From Candidatus Beckwithbacteria bacterium GW2011_GWC1_49_16 (GTDB lineage Bacteria > Patescibacteriota > Microgenomatia > UBA1400 > CG1-02-47-37): a DNA stretch of 64,000 nt. Position numbers and translations under genes: made by a program. Below, piece after piece: positions 1 to 8,552 of the stretch (its first letter is position 1; the number at the start of each line of letters is the position of its first letter). The DNA lies in the NCBI GenBank assembly GCA_001029675.1, contig CP011210.1, positions 517,663-581,662 on the forward strand. Direction: 5' to 3'. The notes under the pieces were generated by a model. The model saw nothing but the letters and a program-made list of their open reading frames with translations, did no database searches and was not told where the DNA came from.

Positions 1-364
1 TGGAGATTATTTTGATCGTGATGAAATCATCAAAGATCAAATGTCGATAACGCGCTGCCTTGAATTCATCGACTCTGTGATTATTCAGGCAGAAAAAGAG
101 CTTACTTCACATGGCGGGTTTACGGCCAATGCGGCCATAAGGGCCTTCGGTATGGAGAATTTACTTACGCCTCAAGCAAATCTAACTGATTCTTTGAGGA
201 TTAATTTAAATAGATTTTTACTTCCCAATTTTAATATTGAGATTGGTGTCAACCGGCCGCCAAAGGACATTGTTGATCAGTCGATAGCTACTTTATTAGA
301 TGATGTTGATGTCAGACATCAACTGGATAATCAGACCGGCGAAGCAGGATTGATGGTGTTTTAA
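1..364 (+). CDS. hypothetical protein (5' end probably outside window)
   Basis: ORF track 41..364; the frame is open back to position 2, so the start is probably upstream of the window. No recognisable motif. Confidence 0.35.
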   Translation, partial: GDYFDRDEIIKDQMSITRCLEFIDSVIIQAEKELTSHGGFTANAAIRAFGMENLLTPQANLTDSLRINLNRFLLPNFNIEIGVNRPPKDIVDQSIATLLDDVDVRHQLDNQTGEAGLMVF

Positions 365-375
365 CTAGATGAAGG

Positions 376-449
376 TGGACTCTGAAGGACTCGAACCTTC
401 AACCTCTACAATGTGAATGTAGCGCTCTAACCAGTTGAGCTAAGAGTCC
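376..449 (-). tRNA. tRNA-Val (anticodon CAC)
   Basis: Reverse complement reads GGACTCT-TA-GCTC-AACTGGTTA-GAGC-G-CTACA-TTCACAT-TGTAG-AGGTT-GAAGG-TTCGAGT-CCTTC-AGAGTCC-A. This is a 74-nt cloverleaf with a 7-bp acceptor stem, GTTCGAGTC T-loop and a 7-nt anticodon loop with CAC at positions 34-36. CCA is not encoded. Confidence 0.85.
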
Positions 450-488
450 GGTTGACATGATTATAGCAGAAGGTATAGCCTTATATAC

Positions 489-1061
489 ATGAATGAGGAG
501 AACTCGATCGGCCGGAGAATTTGGCTTTTCTTTTTGGACTTTGTTGAAACCATCGTCATCGCCTTGGCGATTTTCGTGGTGGTGTATCGCTTTTTGTTCC
601 AACCCCACCAAGTCAAGGGTAACTCGATGTATTCAAACTTTCACGACGGCGAGTATTTGTTAACCGACAAAGTCAGCTACCGGTTTGGCGAACCCGAAGC
701 CGGCGAGGTGATTGTCTTTAAGGCCCCCAGAAACGAGGATTACGACTACATCAAAAGGGTCATCGGCCTGCCGGGAGATGCGGTGGAAATTAAGGAGGGC
801 CGGGTGTGGGTCAACGGCCGGATTTTGGAGGAATCGGCTTATTTGCCAGCCGACATTTTTACCCGGGCGGGGGCTTATTTGCGCGAAGGCCAGGTTTACA
901 CCGTGCCGGAGGCTTCGTATTTTGTCCTGGGTGACAACCGGGGCAACTCGAGTGACTCGCGGGAGTGGGGGGCGGTGCCGCTCAATAACATCGTCGGTAA
1001 AGCCTGGTTCCGCTACTGGCCTTTGAACAAAATGGGTAAGGTGGAGACGGTTAGGCTTTGA
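489..1061 (+). CDS. lepB: signal peptidase I (S26 family)
   Basis: N-terminal TM helix, catalytic-Ser box GNSMYSN, 'IKRVIGLPGD' and 'VLGDNRGNSSDSREWG' boxes typical of bacterial SPase I. Confidence 0.85.
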   Translation: MNEENSIGRRIWLFFLDFVETIVIALAIFVVVYRFLFQPHQVKGNSMYSNFHDGEYLLTDKVSYRFGEPEAGEVIVFKAPRNEDYDYIKRVIGLPGDAVEIKEGRVWVNGRILEESAYLPADIFTRAGAYLREGQVYTVPEASYFVLGDNRGNSSDSREWGAVPLNNIVGKAWFRYWPLNKMGKVETVRL

Positions 1062-1890
1062 CGGAATTGATGGCGGCGACCAAACCTTCGAGGAGTTTTT
1101 GAGTTTTATCGGGTGAGCCTTTGAGAGTGATTAACAAGCGGGATTCTCGCTGGGTGCGAATCAGTTTGACCTTGGCGGTTTCACCCAGAGTGTCTTGAAC
1201 CTTTTTTCTCATAGAGTCGATTTCGTCGCTGACCAGGTGGGGCGGGCGGAAAGCCGGGCCGGCGACTTTTTGGCCGGTTTTGGCTTTCATGCGCCGGGCC
1301 AACTCTTCGGCGCGCCTGACCGAGCCTGATTCACGCAGGATGATTTTGTAGGCGTCGATCATGGCGCTTTTGTCCTCGACCGAAGCCAGCGCCCGGGCGT
1401 GGCCCTCGGTGATCAGGCCGGAGAGGAGGCCGTCTTTTAGGGCGTCGGGGAGGGAGAGTAACCTCATGGTGTTTGACACATACGACGGGCTCTTGCCGAT
1501 CCTTTGGGCCACTTCGGTATTGGTGAGGTCAAACTCTTCGATTAATCTTTCAAAGGCCTTGGCCCTATCGATGGGGTTTAGGTCGGTTCTTTGGACGTTT
1601 TCCACCAAGGCCATTTCCAACATCCCCTGGGGAGTGGTTTCCTTGACGAGACAAGGAACTTGGGTGAGGCCGGCTAGTTTAGCGGCGCGCCAGCGGCGTT
1701 CGCCGGCGACGATCTGGTAGCCGGCGGGAGTGTGGGCGATGATTAAGGGCTCTAAAATACCATGCTCTCTGATGGAATCGACCAAGTCCATGAGCGAATC
1801 GGGAGTAATCATCCCCCGGGGCTGGAGGGGATTGGCCTGGAGTTTGTCGATATCGAGCTGGACGACGTGTTCTTCTTGGGCCATATTCAA
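1051..1890 (-). CDS. parB: ParB/Spo0J-like chromosome partitioning protein
   Basis: ParB N-terminal box '[32 protein letters not shown]' and HTH region '[26 protein letters not shown]'. Confidence 0.85.
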   Translation of the reverse strand: MNMAQEEHVVQLDIDKLQANPLQPRGMITPDSLMDLVDSIREHGILEPLIIAHTPAGYQIVAGERRWRAAKLAGLTQVPCLVKETTPQGMLEMALVENVQRTDLNPIDRAKAFERLIEEFDLTNTEVAQRIGKSPSYVSNTMRLLSLPDALKDGLLSGLITEGHARALASVEDKSAMIDAYKIILRESGSVRRAEELARRMKAKTGQKVAGPAFRPPHLVSDEIDSMRKKVQDTLGETAKVKLIRTQRESRLLITLKGSPDKTQKLLEGLVAAINSVKA

Positions 1891-2132
1891 ACGACGCTGA
1901 CCAGCTGCCTGCCGCGGCGGGTCAAGAATTTAATGGTGCCAGAGCGCAATGCAAACAGGGTGTGGTCGCGGCCGAGGCCGACACCGTCGCCGGGGTGAAA
2001 CTTGGTCCCCTTTTGCCGGGCAATAATCATGCCGGTTTTGACCTTGTGGCCGCCGAAGGTTTTTACCCCGAGGCGCTTGCCGGGGCGGGTGGTTTGTTGG
2101 GCTGTCGAGCCGGTAGCTTTTTTGTGGGCCAT
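1887..2132 (-). CDS. rpmA: 50S ribosomal protein L27
   Basis: [10 protein letters not shown]...[32 protein letters not shown] is the L27 signature. Lies directly downstream of rplU. Confidence 0.95.
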   Translation of the reverse strand: MAHKKATGSTAQQTTRPGKRLGVKTFGGHKVKTGMIIARQKGTKFHPGDGVGLGRDHTLFALRSGTIKFLTRRGRQLVSVV

Positions 2133-2147
2133 AATCTAATTTAATTA

Positions 2148-2176
2148 ATTGTAATCGGGAGTTTCACACGGGTCAA
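2148..2176 (-). promoter_or_regulatory. candidate sigma70-type promoter for rpmA (TTGACC - 17 nt - TACAAT on minus strand)
   Basis: On the minus strand upstream of the rpmA ATG: TTGACCcgtgtgaaactcccgatTACAAT. Coordinates approximate. Confidence 0.35.
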
Positions 2177-2206
2177 TAACCATTTTCACGAGCAAACCCG
2201 ATCAAA

Positions 2207-2518
2207 CTAGGTAATTTTTTTAATCGCCAGCTCGGTGATGTTTTGGCGGTGGCCGCGGACGAGACGATAGCGGGATTTAGCCCTGAACTTGGCCACCCGG
2301 ATTTTTTTGGCCTTTTTCTGGGCGACGATCTCGGCGGTTACCGAGGCACCGGCGACTTTGGGGGTGCCGATTTTTCTCACCTTGTCGGAAACAACCAGCA
2401 AAACATCACTGAACTTGACCGCCTTTTTGGGTTTGCCCTCAAGCTTTTCGACCTTGATGGTTTCGCCTTCGGCTACCTGGTACTGCTTGCCGCCGGTAAC
2501 AATCACTGCGTACTTCAT
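2207..2518 (-). CDS. rplU: 50S ribosomal protein L21
   Basis: MKYAVIVTGGKQYQVAEGETIKVEKL ... GHRQNITELAIKKI matches the L21 family. Conserved rplU-rpmA pair. Confidence 0.9.
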   Translation of the reverse strand: MKYAVIVTGGKQYQVAEGETIKVEKLEGKPKKAVKFSDVLLVVSDKVRKIGTPKVAGASVTAEIVAQKKAKKIRVAKFRAKSRYRLVRGHRQNITELAIKKIT

Positions 2519-2544
2519 GTCAGGTATTATAACCGATTTTATTT

Positions 2545-3012
2545 TTAGGCGCGAGAGGAGGCTTGGGAGATAAACTTGGTTAATTCGATTATGTCGTCGG
2601 TGGTGATTTGGGGTTCAGAAAAAGTTTTATAAAAACTGTTTTTCTCTGGTTCAAGATCGGTAAGATATGAATCGCCTTGGCGGAATGTATTTAGGTCATT
2701 GATGGGAACGGTACCGATATCAAAAGATTTTACCTCTAGAGGATGGCCACTTTCTCCAGCCATCTTGAAACGAGTGAGAAGAATTCCTTGCAAGACAGTG
2801 ACTGTCAGACTATTACCGTCTTTGCTTCCATGAGTGCTAATTTTAAGATATTCTTCCCTATCTGGTGACGGCTGGTCAGGTAAGATATTGTTTTCTGTCA
2901 AGGCCCTATCAATGGCAGCCATCAAGTTTCTGAATGCCAGACCGTTAATTCCCGGAGGGGCTTTGAAGTCTTTGAGCGAGGGGTTGAAAAATTCAGGGCC
3001 TTTAACATCCAT
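2545..3012 (-). CDS. hypothetical protein (155 aa, acidic, no recognisable domain)
   Basis: ORF only. Visibly AT-richer than the flanking rplU/rodA genes. Confidence 0.4.
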   Translation of the reverse strand: MDVKGPEFFNPSLKDFKAPPGINGLAFRNLMAAIDRALTENNILPDQPSPDREEYLKISTHGSKDGNSLTVTVLQGILLTRFKMAGESGHPLEVKSFDIGTVPINDLNTFRQGDSYLTDLEPEKNSFYKTFSEPQITTDDIIELTKFISQASSRA

Positions 3013-3031
3013 GGTCTAAATTATAGCAAAG

Positions 3032-4054
3032 CTATTTTATCTCGAGAGTAGTTTTGCGGCTTTTTTGGGAGATGCGGTAGACCAGTGCCAGGCTCGCGGC
3101 CGAAGCCAAGTAAGAACTGCCGCCGGCAGAGACCAAGGGAAGGTTGATGCCGGTAACGGGGAGTAACCCCAGGTTCATGCCGACGTTGACGGTAAACTGG
3201 AAAGCAAACAAGCTAAAGACGCCGACGGCCACCAGGCGGCTAAAGTCGTCTTCCTGGGATTTAGCGATGGCCAAGAGCCGCCGCAGAAACAAAAAGTAAA
3301 GAACCAACAACACCAGGGCGCCTACCAGGCCAAAGCTTTCGGCGATGGTGGCAAAGATAAAGTCGGAATGGCGTTCCGGGATAAACGCCAGTTGCGACTG
3401 GCTGCCTCGACCCAGTCCCCTGCCGCTAACTCCCCCGCTGCCGACGGCGATGATCGACTGGAGCACCTGGTAACCGGCGCCCTTGGGATCGGCGAAAGGA
3501 TTCAAGAAAGTTTCGATCCTGGTTTGCTGGTAGGGTTTGAGGTTGAACCAAATTAAAGGACTTAAGATCAAGGCGGCTAGGACTGACAAAAGGAGGCTTT
3601 TTAAGGGTAAGTTTGAAGCGATGAGGATGGCAAGGCCGACGGCAATGACCACCAGGGTACTACCCAGGTCCGGCTGGTTAAAGATCAAAAAAGCCGGCAG
3701 AATCATCAGGCCCAAGTAGTAGAAAATTTTTTTGCCGGCGGCGGCGGCAAAAACCAGAATGAGAACGGGTTTGATGATTTCTGAAGGCTGGGCGGTGACC
3801 CCGACTAACTCAATCCAACGGACGGCCCCTCGGGTAACCTGGCCAAAAATTAAGGGCAAAGTCAAAAAAATTGACGCTAAAACAAAGTAAACCCAAACCA
3901 GTTGGCGGTGGGCGGCCAAGGGGATCCGGTAAACCAACCAAAAAAAGGCCGCTCCCAAACCGATAAAGACAAGCTGGGAGGTGAAAAGGTTTAAGTCGAT
4001 TGAACCCAGAGTGGCAAGGCCCAAGGCGGTAATCATTAAACCCAAGACGATCAT
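3032..4054 (-). CDS. rodA: SEDS-family peptidoglycan glycosyltransferase (RodA-like)
   Basis: Polytopic membrane protein with the FtsW/RodA/SpoVE C-terminal signature 'GSGGVSGRGLGRGSQSQ..FIPE.HSDFIFA...E.GL.G' and 'LP.TGI.LP.VS.GGSS'. Lies outside the dcw cluster, so RodA is preferred over FtsW. Confidence 0.8.
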   Translation of the reverse strand: MIVLGLMITALGLATLGSIDLNLFTSQLVFIGLGAAFFWLVYRIPLAAHRQLVWVYFVLASIFLTLPLIFGQVTRGAVRWIELVGVTAQPSEIIKPVLILVFAAAAGKKIFYYLGLMILPAFLIFNQPDLGSTLVVIAVGLAILIASNLPLKSLLLSVLAALILSPLIWFNLKPYQQTRIETFLNPFADPKGAGYQVLQSIIAVGSGGVSGRGLGRGSQSQLAFIPERHSDFIFATIAESFGLVGALVLLVLYFLFLRRLLAIAKSQEDDFSRLVAVGVFSLFAFQFTVNVGMNLGLLPVTGINLPLVSAGGSSYLASAASLALVYRISQKSRKTTLEIK

Positions 4055-6954
4055 GAACGAATGATTTTAAGTTTTTTGCCCTTTTTCAAGTTTAGCGCCA
4101 GGGTTTTTTGAATGATGTAATCGCTAAATTCCTCGGGCCAATCGGGCAGGACCAGGGTAACTTTTTCGGTTAAACCGATTTTTGCCTGACGCCTGGCCGC
4201 CTGGATTTCTCTGACCAGCTTCCTGGCCGTGCCTTGGGCAATTTGAGCCGGAGTGGGTCGGTCCAGCCGGCTGATTTTAATTTGACCCGACTTTGATATT
4301 TTTTGGAGGTGACTGGCCACATTGACCTCGTCTTTGAATATTTGGTCGACGCCCAAAGACAAACGCCTCGGGGCAATTGAGGTGACCGAGGTCAAAGGCA
4401 CGCGCAGGGCCAGATCGGCCGCTTTCCTTTGACTGTGGGTAAGGCTGGCCAAGTCTCTGGCCAGGCTCATTTCGTTAAGCAGTTTTTGATTGACTTTTGC
4501 TTTGACCAAAGCCTCGGGCCAGGAGCTTAGGTGGACCGAAGGTTCGCCGGTGAGGTTGGTATATATAGTATCGGCAAGATAAGGCATGAACGGGGCTAAA
4601 AGCCGGGTTAAATTAAGCAAACAAAAATACATGGTCTGGTAGGCCTGGTCTTTGTCTTTGGGGTCGGTTGCCCCCGGGCCGACCCGGTCGCGGGAGCGGC
4701 GGATGTACCAGGTGGAAAAGTCGGCTACAAAATCTTTCAAGGCCGAGCTGGCCGGAGCCGACAAATGATCATCGAGAGCCCCGGTGACGCTTTGGGCGGT
4801 TTCGATCAAACGGTTTAAGATCCACTGGTCAAGGACGTTAGTAGGTTGTAGGTTGTTGATTGTAGATTGTTGATGTACCGGGGACCAGCCGTCGGCGTTG
4901 GCCTGGGAGACAAAAAAGCGATAGGAGTTCCAGAGAATAAGAATAAATTGGCGGCGGATTTCGTCGGCTTTTTTAAAGCCGAAAGGCAAAATTTGGGTAG
5001 GGACTACGTCGGCGTACATCCAGCGCATAACGTCGACACCGATTTTTGCCGCTCCCTGGTTAAACTCGATGGCGTTTCCCCAGGATTTATGCATCGGCCG
5101 GCCGTCTTCGCCGACGACCGATTCATAACCCAAAACGGTTTTATAAGGGTTGGTTTTTTTGAGGACGGTGGCCATGACCAACATGGCATAAAACCAGTTT
5201 TTAAACTGGCCGGGAAAAGCCTCGGTGATAAAGTCGGCCGGGAACCAGCCGGGAGGCAGGGTGGAAAAAGGGACGATGCCGGCGTCGAGCCACGGGTTGC
5301 CGACCGGTTCGACCCGGCTGACCACTTGGCTGCAATTTGAACAGCTAATTTTAACTTCATCGATCCAAGGCTTGTGGGGGGTATGGCCGGAAAATTTATC
5401 CCAGCCTGATACGGCCCTTTTTTTGAGCTCTGGCTTTGAACCGATCACTTCAAAGCAGCCGCAGTGAGCGCACTCGTAGATAGGCAGCGCCAACCCCCAG
5501 TAACGGTTTTTTTTACTAATCAACCAGTCGTGCATGTTTTTGAGCCAATCGAGCTCGCGCTCGAGGCCAAAATCAGGAATCCAGGTGATTTTTTTGGTCA
5601 CCTGCCTCAACTGTTTCCTTAAGGTCAGTCCTTCCGGGTGGGTGGGGTCGGGGCGGTCCATGGCGATGAGCCACTCGTCGGACACTTTCCAGACCAGCTC
5701 GGTTTTACAGCGCCAACAAGAGGGGTAGCGGTGCTTACAGTCATGGATTTGATAAACCCAGCTGCCTGACTGGGTTTTGAGAAAATCGAAAATTAACTCC
5801 GGCTGGTTTTTGGCGTTTTTACCGGAAAGAGGGCCGAAGCCGCCAAGGTAGTGGGCCGAATCATCAATCACCGGAATCATTGGCAGACTTAATTTTTGGC
5901 CGAGCTTGAAGTCCTCGCTGCCGGCAGAGACGGCGGTGTGGACCAGGCCGGTGCCTTCAGCCAGCGTCACCTCCAAGATTTTGGGGTCGGTAGCCACCAC
6001 GGTATGAAAGTTCTGCGGATTTTCTTCCGCCACTTTTTTGACTGCCGGCAGGCTATCAAAGGCGGTTTGATATTTAAGGCCGACCAGCTTTTCCCCTTTG
6101 ACGGTTTTCAATACCTTTTTGACGTCGGCGCCCAAGACGGTTTTGACCAAATCTTTGGCCAGCCACAAGCGCCGGCCGGATTTAACCTCGACCAGAGAGT
6201 AGGAAAAAGTTTTGTCGACGGCGACGGCGATGTTGGCCGGCAGAGTCCAGGGAGTAGTGGTCCAGACCAAAAGAGATTCGTTTTTGCGACCCACAAGCGG
6301 CAGGGTAAAGTAGATGGATTTATGAGTCACTTCTTTGTAGTCTTCGGTGAGCATTTCGTGCTGGGAAATGGCGGTTTGGCATCTAGGGCACCAAGGCACC
6401 GAATCGTGGCCCTTGTAGATCCAACCGCGCTCGTGGCAGACCTTCAAAAAATTCCAGATAGCGTAGTTATTTTCATCGGACATGGTGAAGTAGGAATTGT
6501 CCCAGTCGGCAAACATGGCCAGCCTTTTACTCTGTTCTGTTTGGATGGCCGAGTACTTTAGCACCCGAGCCTTACACTGATTGACGAATTTTTCGACACC
6601 ATATTTTTCGATATCCTTTTTAGACTTAAAACCTAATTCCTTTTCCACCTCGACCTCGACCCACAGCCCCTGGCAGTCAAAGCCGTTTTGATAACGGCCG
6701 CGGTAGCCGCGCATGGTGAAGTATCTTTGCCACAGGTCTTTGTAGGTGCGGCCGCGGGCGTGGTGGACGCCCATGGGGTTGTTAGCTGTAATCGGGCCGT
6801 CTAAAAAGGAGAATTTCTTCTTGGCGGTTTTGTTTTTCGTTAAATACTTTTTGACTATCCCGGCCTGATACCAATGTTTTAACAACTCCTCCTCCTGTTT
6901 GACAAAGTCGGGGTGGGAAGAAACTTCTTGGAAAGGTTTTTTGGCTTTTGCCAT
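4051..6954 (-). CDS. ileS: isoleucyl-tRNA synthetase (class I, type-2-like, divergent motifs)
   Basis: 967 aa. 'WTTTPWTLPANIAVAV' is an IleRS-specific box, 'WCPRCQTA' a zinc-knuckle, and 'RYFTMRGYRGRYQNGFDCQGL' the post-HIGH region. The HIGH motif is degenerate ('MGVHHARG') and KMSKS is 'PMHKSWGN'. Confidence 0.75.
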   Translation of the reverse strand: MAKAKKPFQEVSSHPDFVKQEEELLKHWYQAGIVKKYLTKNKTAKKKFSFLDGPITANNPMGVHHARGRTYKDLWQRYFTMRGYRGRYQNGFDCQGLWVEVEVEKELGFKSKKDIEKYGVEKFVNQCKARVLKYSAIQTEQSKRLAMFADWDNSYFTMSDENNYAIWNFLKVCHERGWIYKGHDSVPWCPRCQTAISQHEMLTEDYKEVTHKSIYFTLPLVGRKNESLLVWTTTPWTLPANIAVAVDKTFSYSLVEVKSGRRLWLAKDLVKTVLGADVKKVLKTVKGEKLVGLKYQTAFDSLPAVKKVAEENPQNFHTVVATDPKILEVTLAEGTGLVHTAVSAGSEDFKLGQKLSLPMIPVIDDSAHYLGGFGPLSGKNAKNQPELIFDFLKTQSGSWVYQIHDCKHRYPSCWRCKTELVWKVSDEWLIAMDRPDPTHPEGLTLRKQLRQVTKKITWIPDFGLERELDWLKNMHDWLISKKNRYWGLALPIYECAHCGCFEVIGSKPELKKRAVSGWDKFSGHTPHKPWIDEVKISCSNCSQVVSRVEPVGNPWLDAGIVPFSTLPPGWFPADFITEAFPGQFKNWFYAMLVMATVLKKTNPYKTVLGYESVVGEDGRPMHKSWGNAIEFNQGAAKIGVDVMRWMYADVVPTQILPFGFKKADEIRRQFILILWNSYRFFVSQANADGWSPVHQQSTINNLQPTNVLDQWILNRLIETAQSVTGALDDHLSAPASSALKDFVADFSTWYIRRSRDRVGPGATDPKDKDQAYQTMYFCLLNLTRLLAPFMPYLADTIYTNLTGEPSVHLSSWPEALVKAKVNQKLLNEMSLARDLASLTHSQRKAADLALRVPLTSVTSIAPRRLSLGVDQIFKDEVNVASHLQKISKSGQIKISRLDRPTPAQIAQGTARKLVREIQAARRQAKIGLTEKVTLVLPDWPEEFSDYIIQKTLALNLKKGKKLKIIRS

Positions 6955-6965
6955 ATGCTTATAAT

Positions 6966-6993
6966 AACAAAAATCCCGACAAAGTGCCGGGAT
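6966..6993 (-). terminator. terminator-like hairpin (ATCCCG-9nt loop-CGGGAT plus U-run) about 15 nt upstream of the ileS ATG
   Basis: Minus strand reads CATCCCGGCACTTTGTCGGGATTTTTG. It may terminate the upstream hypothetical pair or act as an ileS leader attenuator. Coordinates approximate. Confidence 0.3.
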
Positions 6994-7089
6994 GCACGCG
7001 ACGTAAAGCCGGTTTAACCGGACTTTAGCCGCTTGAGGTAATAATGATGTTATTGGCTTCGGTGATCATAGTGGCTATAGACTATCATA

Positions 7090-7632
7090 TCAGGCTAAAT
7101 TTGGCAATGGGTCGCTACTACCCGAGTCTTGTATAAGCATCATGGGGTGGAGGCTATTTAAGGATTGGGCGGCTTGAAGAAAGATGTTCCTTTTGACTTT
7201 AAGGTCGGTGATATGGCCAGTGGAGTTGTCGTGATTTTTAAAAGCAATATTATCACCCACTTCTAAATTGAACTGGCCATATTTTCTACTTAAAGGGATG
7301 AGGTAGAGATTCGAGATGGTCTGGGAATCTGGTAGTAAAGCTACGGTTAGGGTAAAATTATGGTCGGCAGTATCACCAGTTCTGGTTGCATGAAAAAGAG
7401 ATAAGAAGGTTACCTTGGTATTAGGGATTGGTTTATTTGAATCATAAATGTCCCGATTCCTGGTATAGGGGGCTTTTCCAGAAGAATAAAAAGCTGGATC
7501 CTCAAAAGCCAGGCTTTTGGCCAATTCAGTAAAAGGGTATGCCGCTTCAGATAGTTTTGTTTCGGCTTGGCGTAAAGCTCGGTTTTCAAAATGTTTTTTA
7601 ATGCCGGGAATTTTTTTAAATGCTTCTAGCAT
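7090..7632 (-). CDS. hypothetical protein (180 aa), first of an AT-richer two-gene insert between ftsZ and ileS
   Basis: ORF only. No motif recognised. Visibly lower GC than its neighbours. Confidence 0.45.
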   Translation of the reverse strand: MLEAFKKIPGIKKHFENRALRQAETKLSEAAYPFTELAKSLAFEDPAFYSSGKAPYTRNRDIYDSNKPIPNTKVTFLSLFHATRTGDTADHNFTLTVALLPDSQTISNLYLIPLSRKYGQFNLEVGDNIAFKNHDNSTGHITDLKVKRNIFLQAAQSLNSLHPMMLIQDSGSSDPLPNLA

Positions 7633-7638
7633 AATTGG

Positions 7639-8550
7639 TTAGCGGATATTGTCCGGGGTGACCTGTCTTAAAGTGTCGGTGATTCTGCCAAGCACGTTTG
7701 ATTTGGCCACCGCATCGACCGGCCCGACCGGCCCGGTGTTTAAAATCGCCATCGAGTCCGGATCTACCGAGTGAATCGGTTTTAAACTATGAAATTCAAA
7801 CTGCCAACCCCTAAAACGGGGGAAACTAATCTCGGCAACCGCTTCCCAAGACCTTGGCTCCATACCCTGTGACTCGACCACCAAAGCGGCGTAATAATCT
7901 GGTTTGGTTTGGTCATTCCGGTCTTGATCCAAATTAAGCCCCATTTTAGATATGACATGGTGTTCGGGAAACTCAATCAGGTATTTGATACCACCGTGGG
8001 CAAAAATCTCTTTGCCTGGCTTTATCAAGCCGACCACTCTGCCCAGCTGGTCGTTAAAGTCTTTTTCCAGCTGTCGCAGCGCCCGCTCGCGGCTTCTGAT
8101 ATTGTCAAAAAGGTTTCCGGTGCGGGTTAAAACATCTATCGCTTCCTGGTCCGAAACTGGTTCCTTACCCGAGCCAAATACACCAGAAACGTTAAAGCCA
8201 AACCCCATCCCGGTAAGGGAAATTTTCCGTATTCTCTCTCCCTCGTTGCTACCCAAGGTCACCAACAATTCCAGGCTGTCATCTACGGCCGGAAATTGTC
8301 GATACACTTGCCGACCAATTATCGCTCGGACGTGGCTGATGCCGGTACCGTCGGCCTCGGGACCACCAACCTCATTCCCCTGAGGATAAACTGTGGCTTG
8401 ACTGGTCTGTAACAACCCTTTTTCAATCTCAACAGACTCCCAGTTTTGGAACCAACCAGACGCCAATTTATCGACCGCTTTGGCCAGTCTTTTTTTTGCC
8501 TGGGAAAGCTCAACCGGGACAGGTTTGGTTTTTGACTCTTGGTTTGTCAT
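7639..8550 (-). CDS. hypothetical protein (303 aa)
   Basis: ORF only. 6-nt gap to the downstream 180-aa ORF and 2-nt gap to the ftsZ stop. No motif recognised. Confidence 0.45.
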   Translation of the reverse strand: MTNQESKTKPVPVELSQAKKRLAKAVDKLASGWFQNWESVEIEKGLLQTSQATVYPQGNEVGGPEADGTGISHVRAIIGRQVYRQFPAVDDSLELLVTLGSNEGERIRKISLTGMGFGFNVSGVFGSGKEPVSDQEAIDVLTRTGNLFDNIRSRERALRQLEKDFNDQLGRVVGLIKPGKEIFAHGGIKYLIEFPEHHVISKMGLNLDQDRNDQTKPDYYAALVVESQGMEPRSWEAVAEISFPRFRGWQFEFHSLKPIHSVDPDSMAILNTGPVGPVDAVAKSNVLGRITDTLRQVTPDNIR

Positions 8551-8552
8551 AG

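Noticed and set aside
399-611. 70-aa minus-strand ORF overlapping the tRNA-Val and the lepB start
   Set aside because: It overlaps a well-formed tRNA and the 5' end of lepB, so it is spurious.
4838-4878. Imperfect tandem repeat gtaggttgtaggttgttgattgtagattgttgatgta inside ileS; similar ggtagctggtagatggtagatggtcgatgg at ~11849-11880 and gatagatagatggttgatgagagatcgtcgatg at ~12341-12375 in murG
   Set aside because: All lie in frame within coding sequence. They encode short S/T-I-N/Y-Q-L-P-like low-complexity peptide stretches and have no spacer/repeat architecture, so they are not CRISPR or mobile-element repeats.
6955-7089. Possible T-box riboswitch upstream of ileS
   Set aside because: The leader is only ~135 nt. 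No specifier-loop/antiterminator architecture or conserved T-box sequence (AATTAGGGTGGNACCGCG) is visible.
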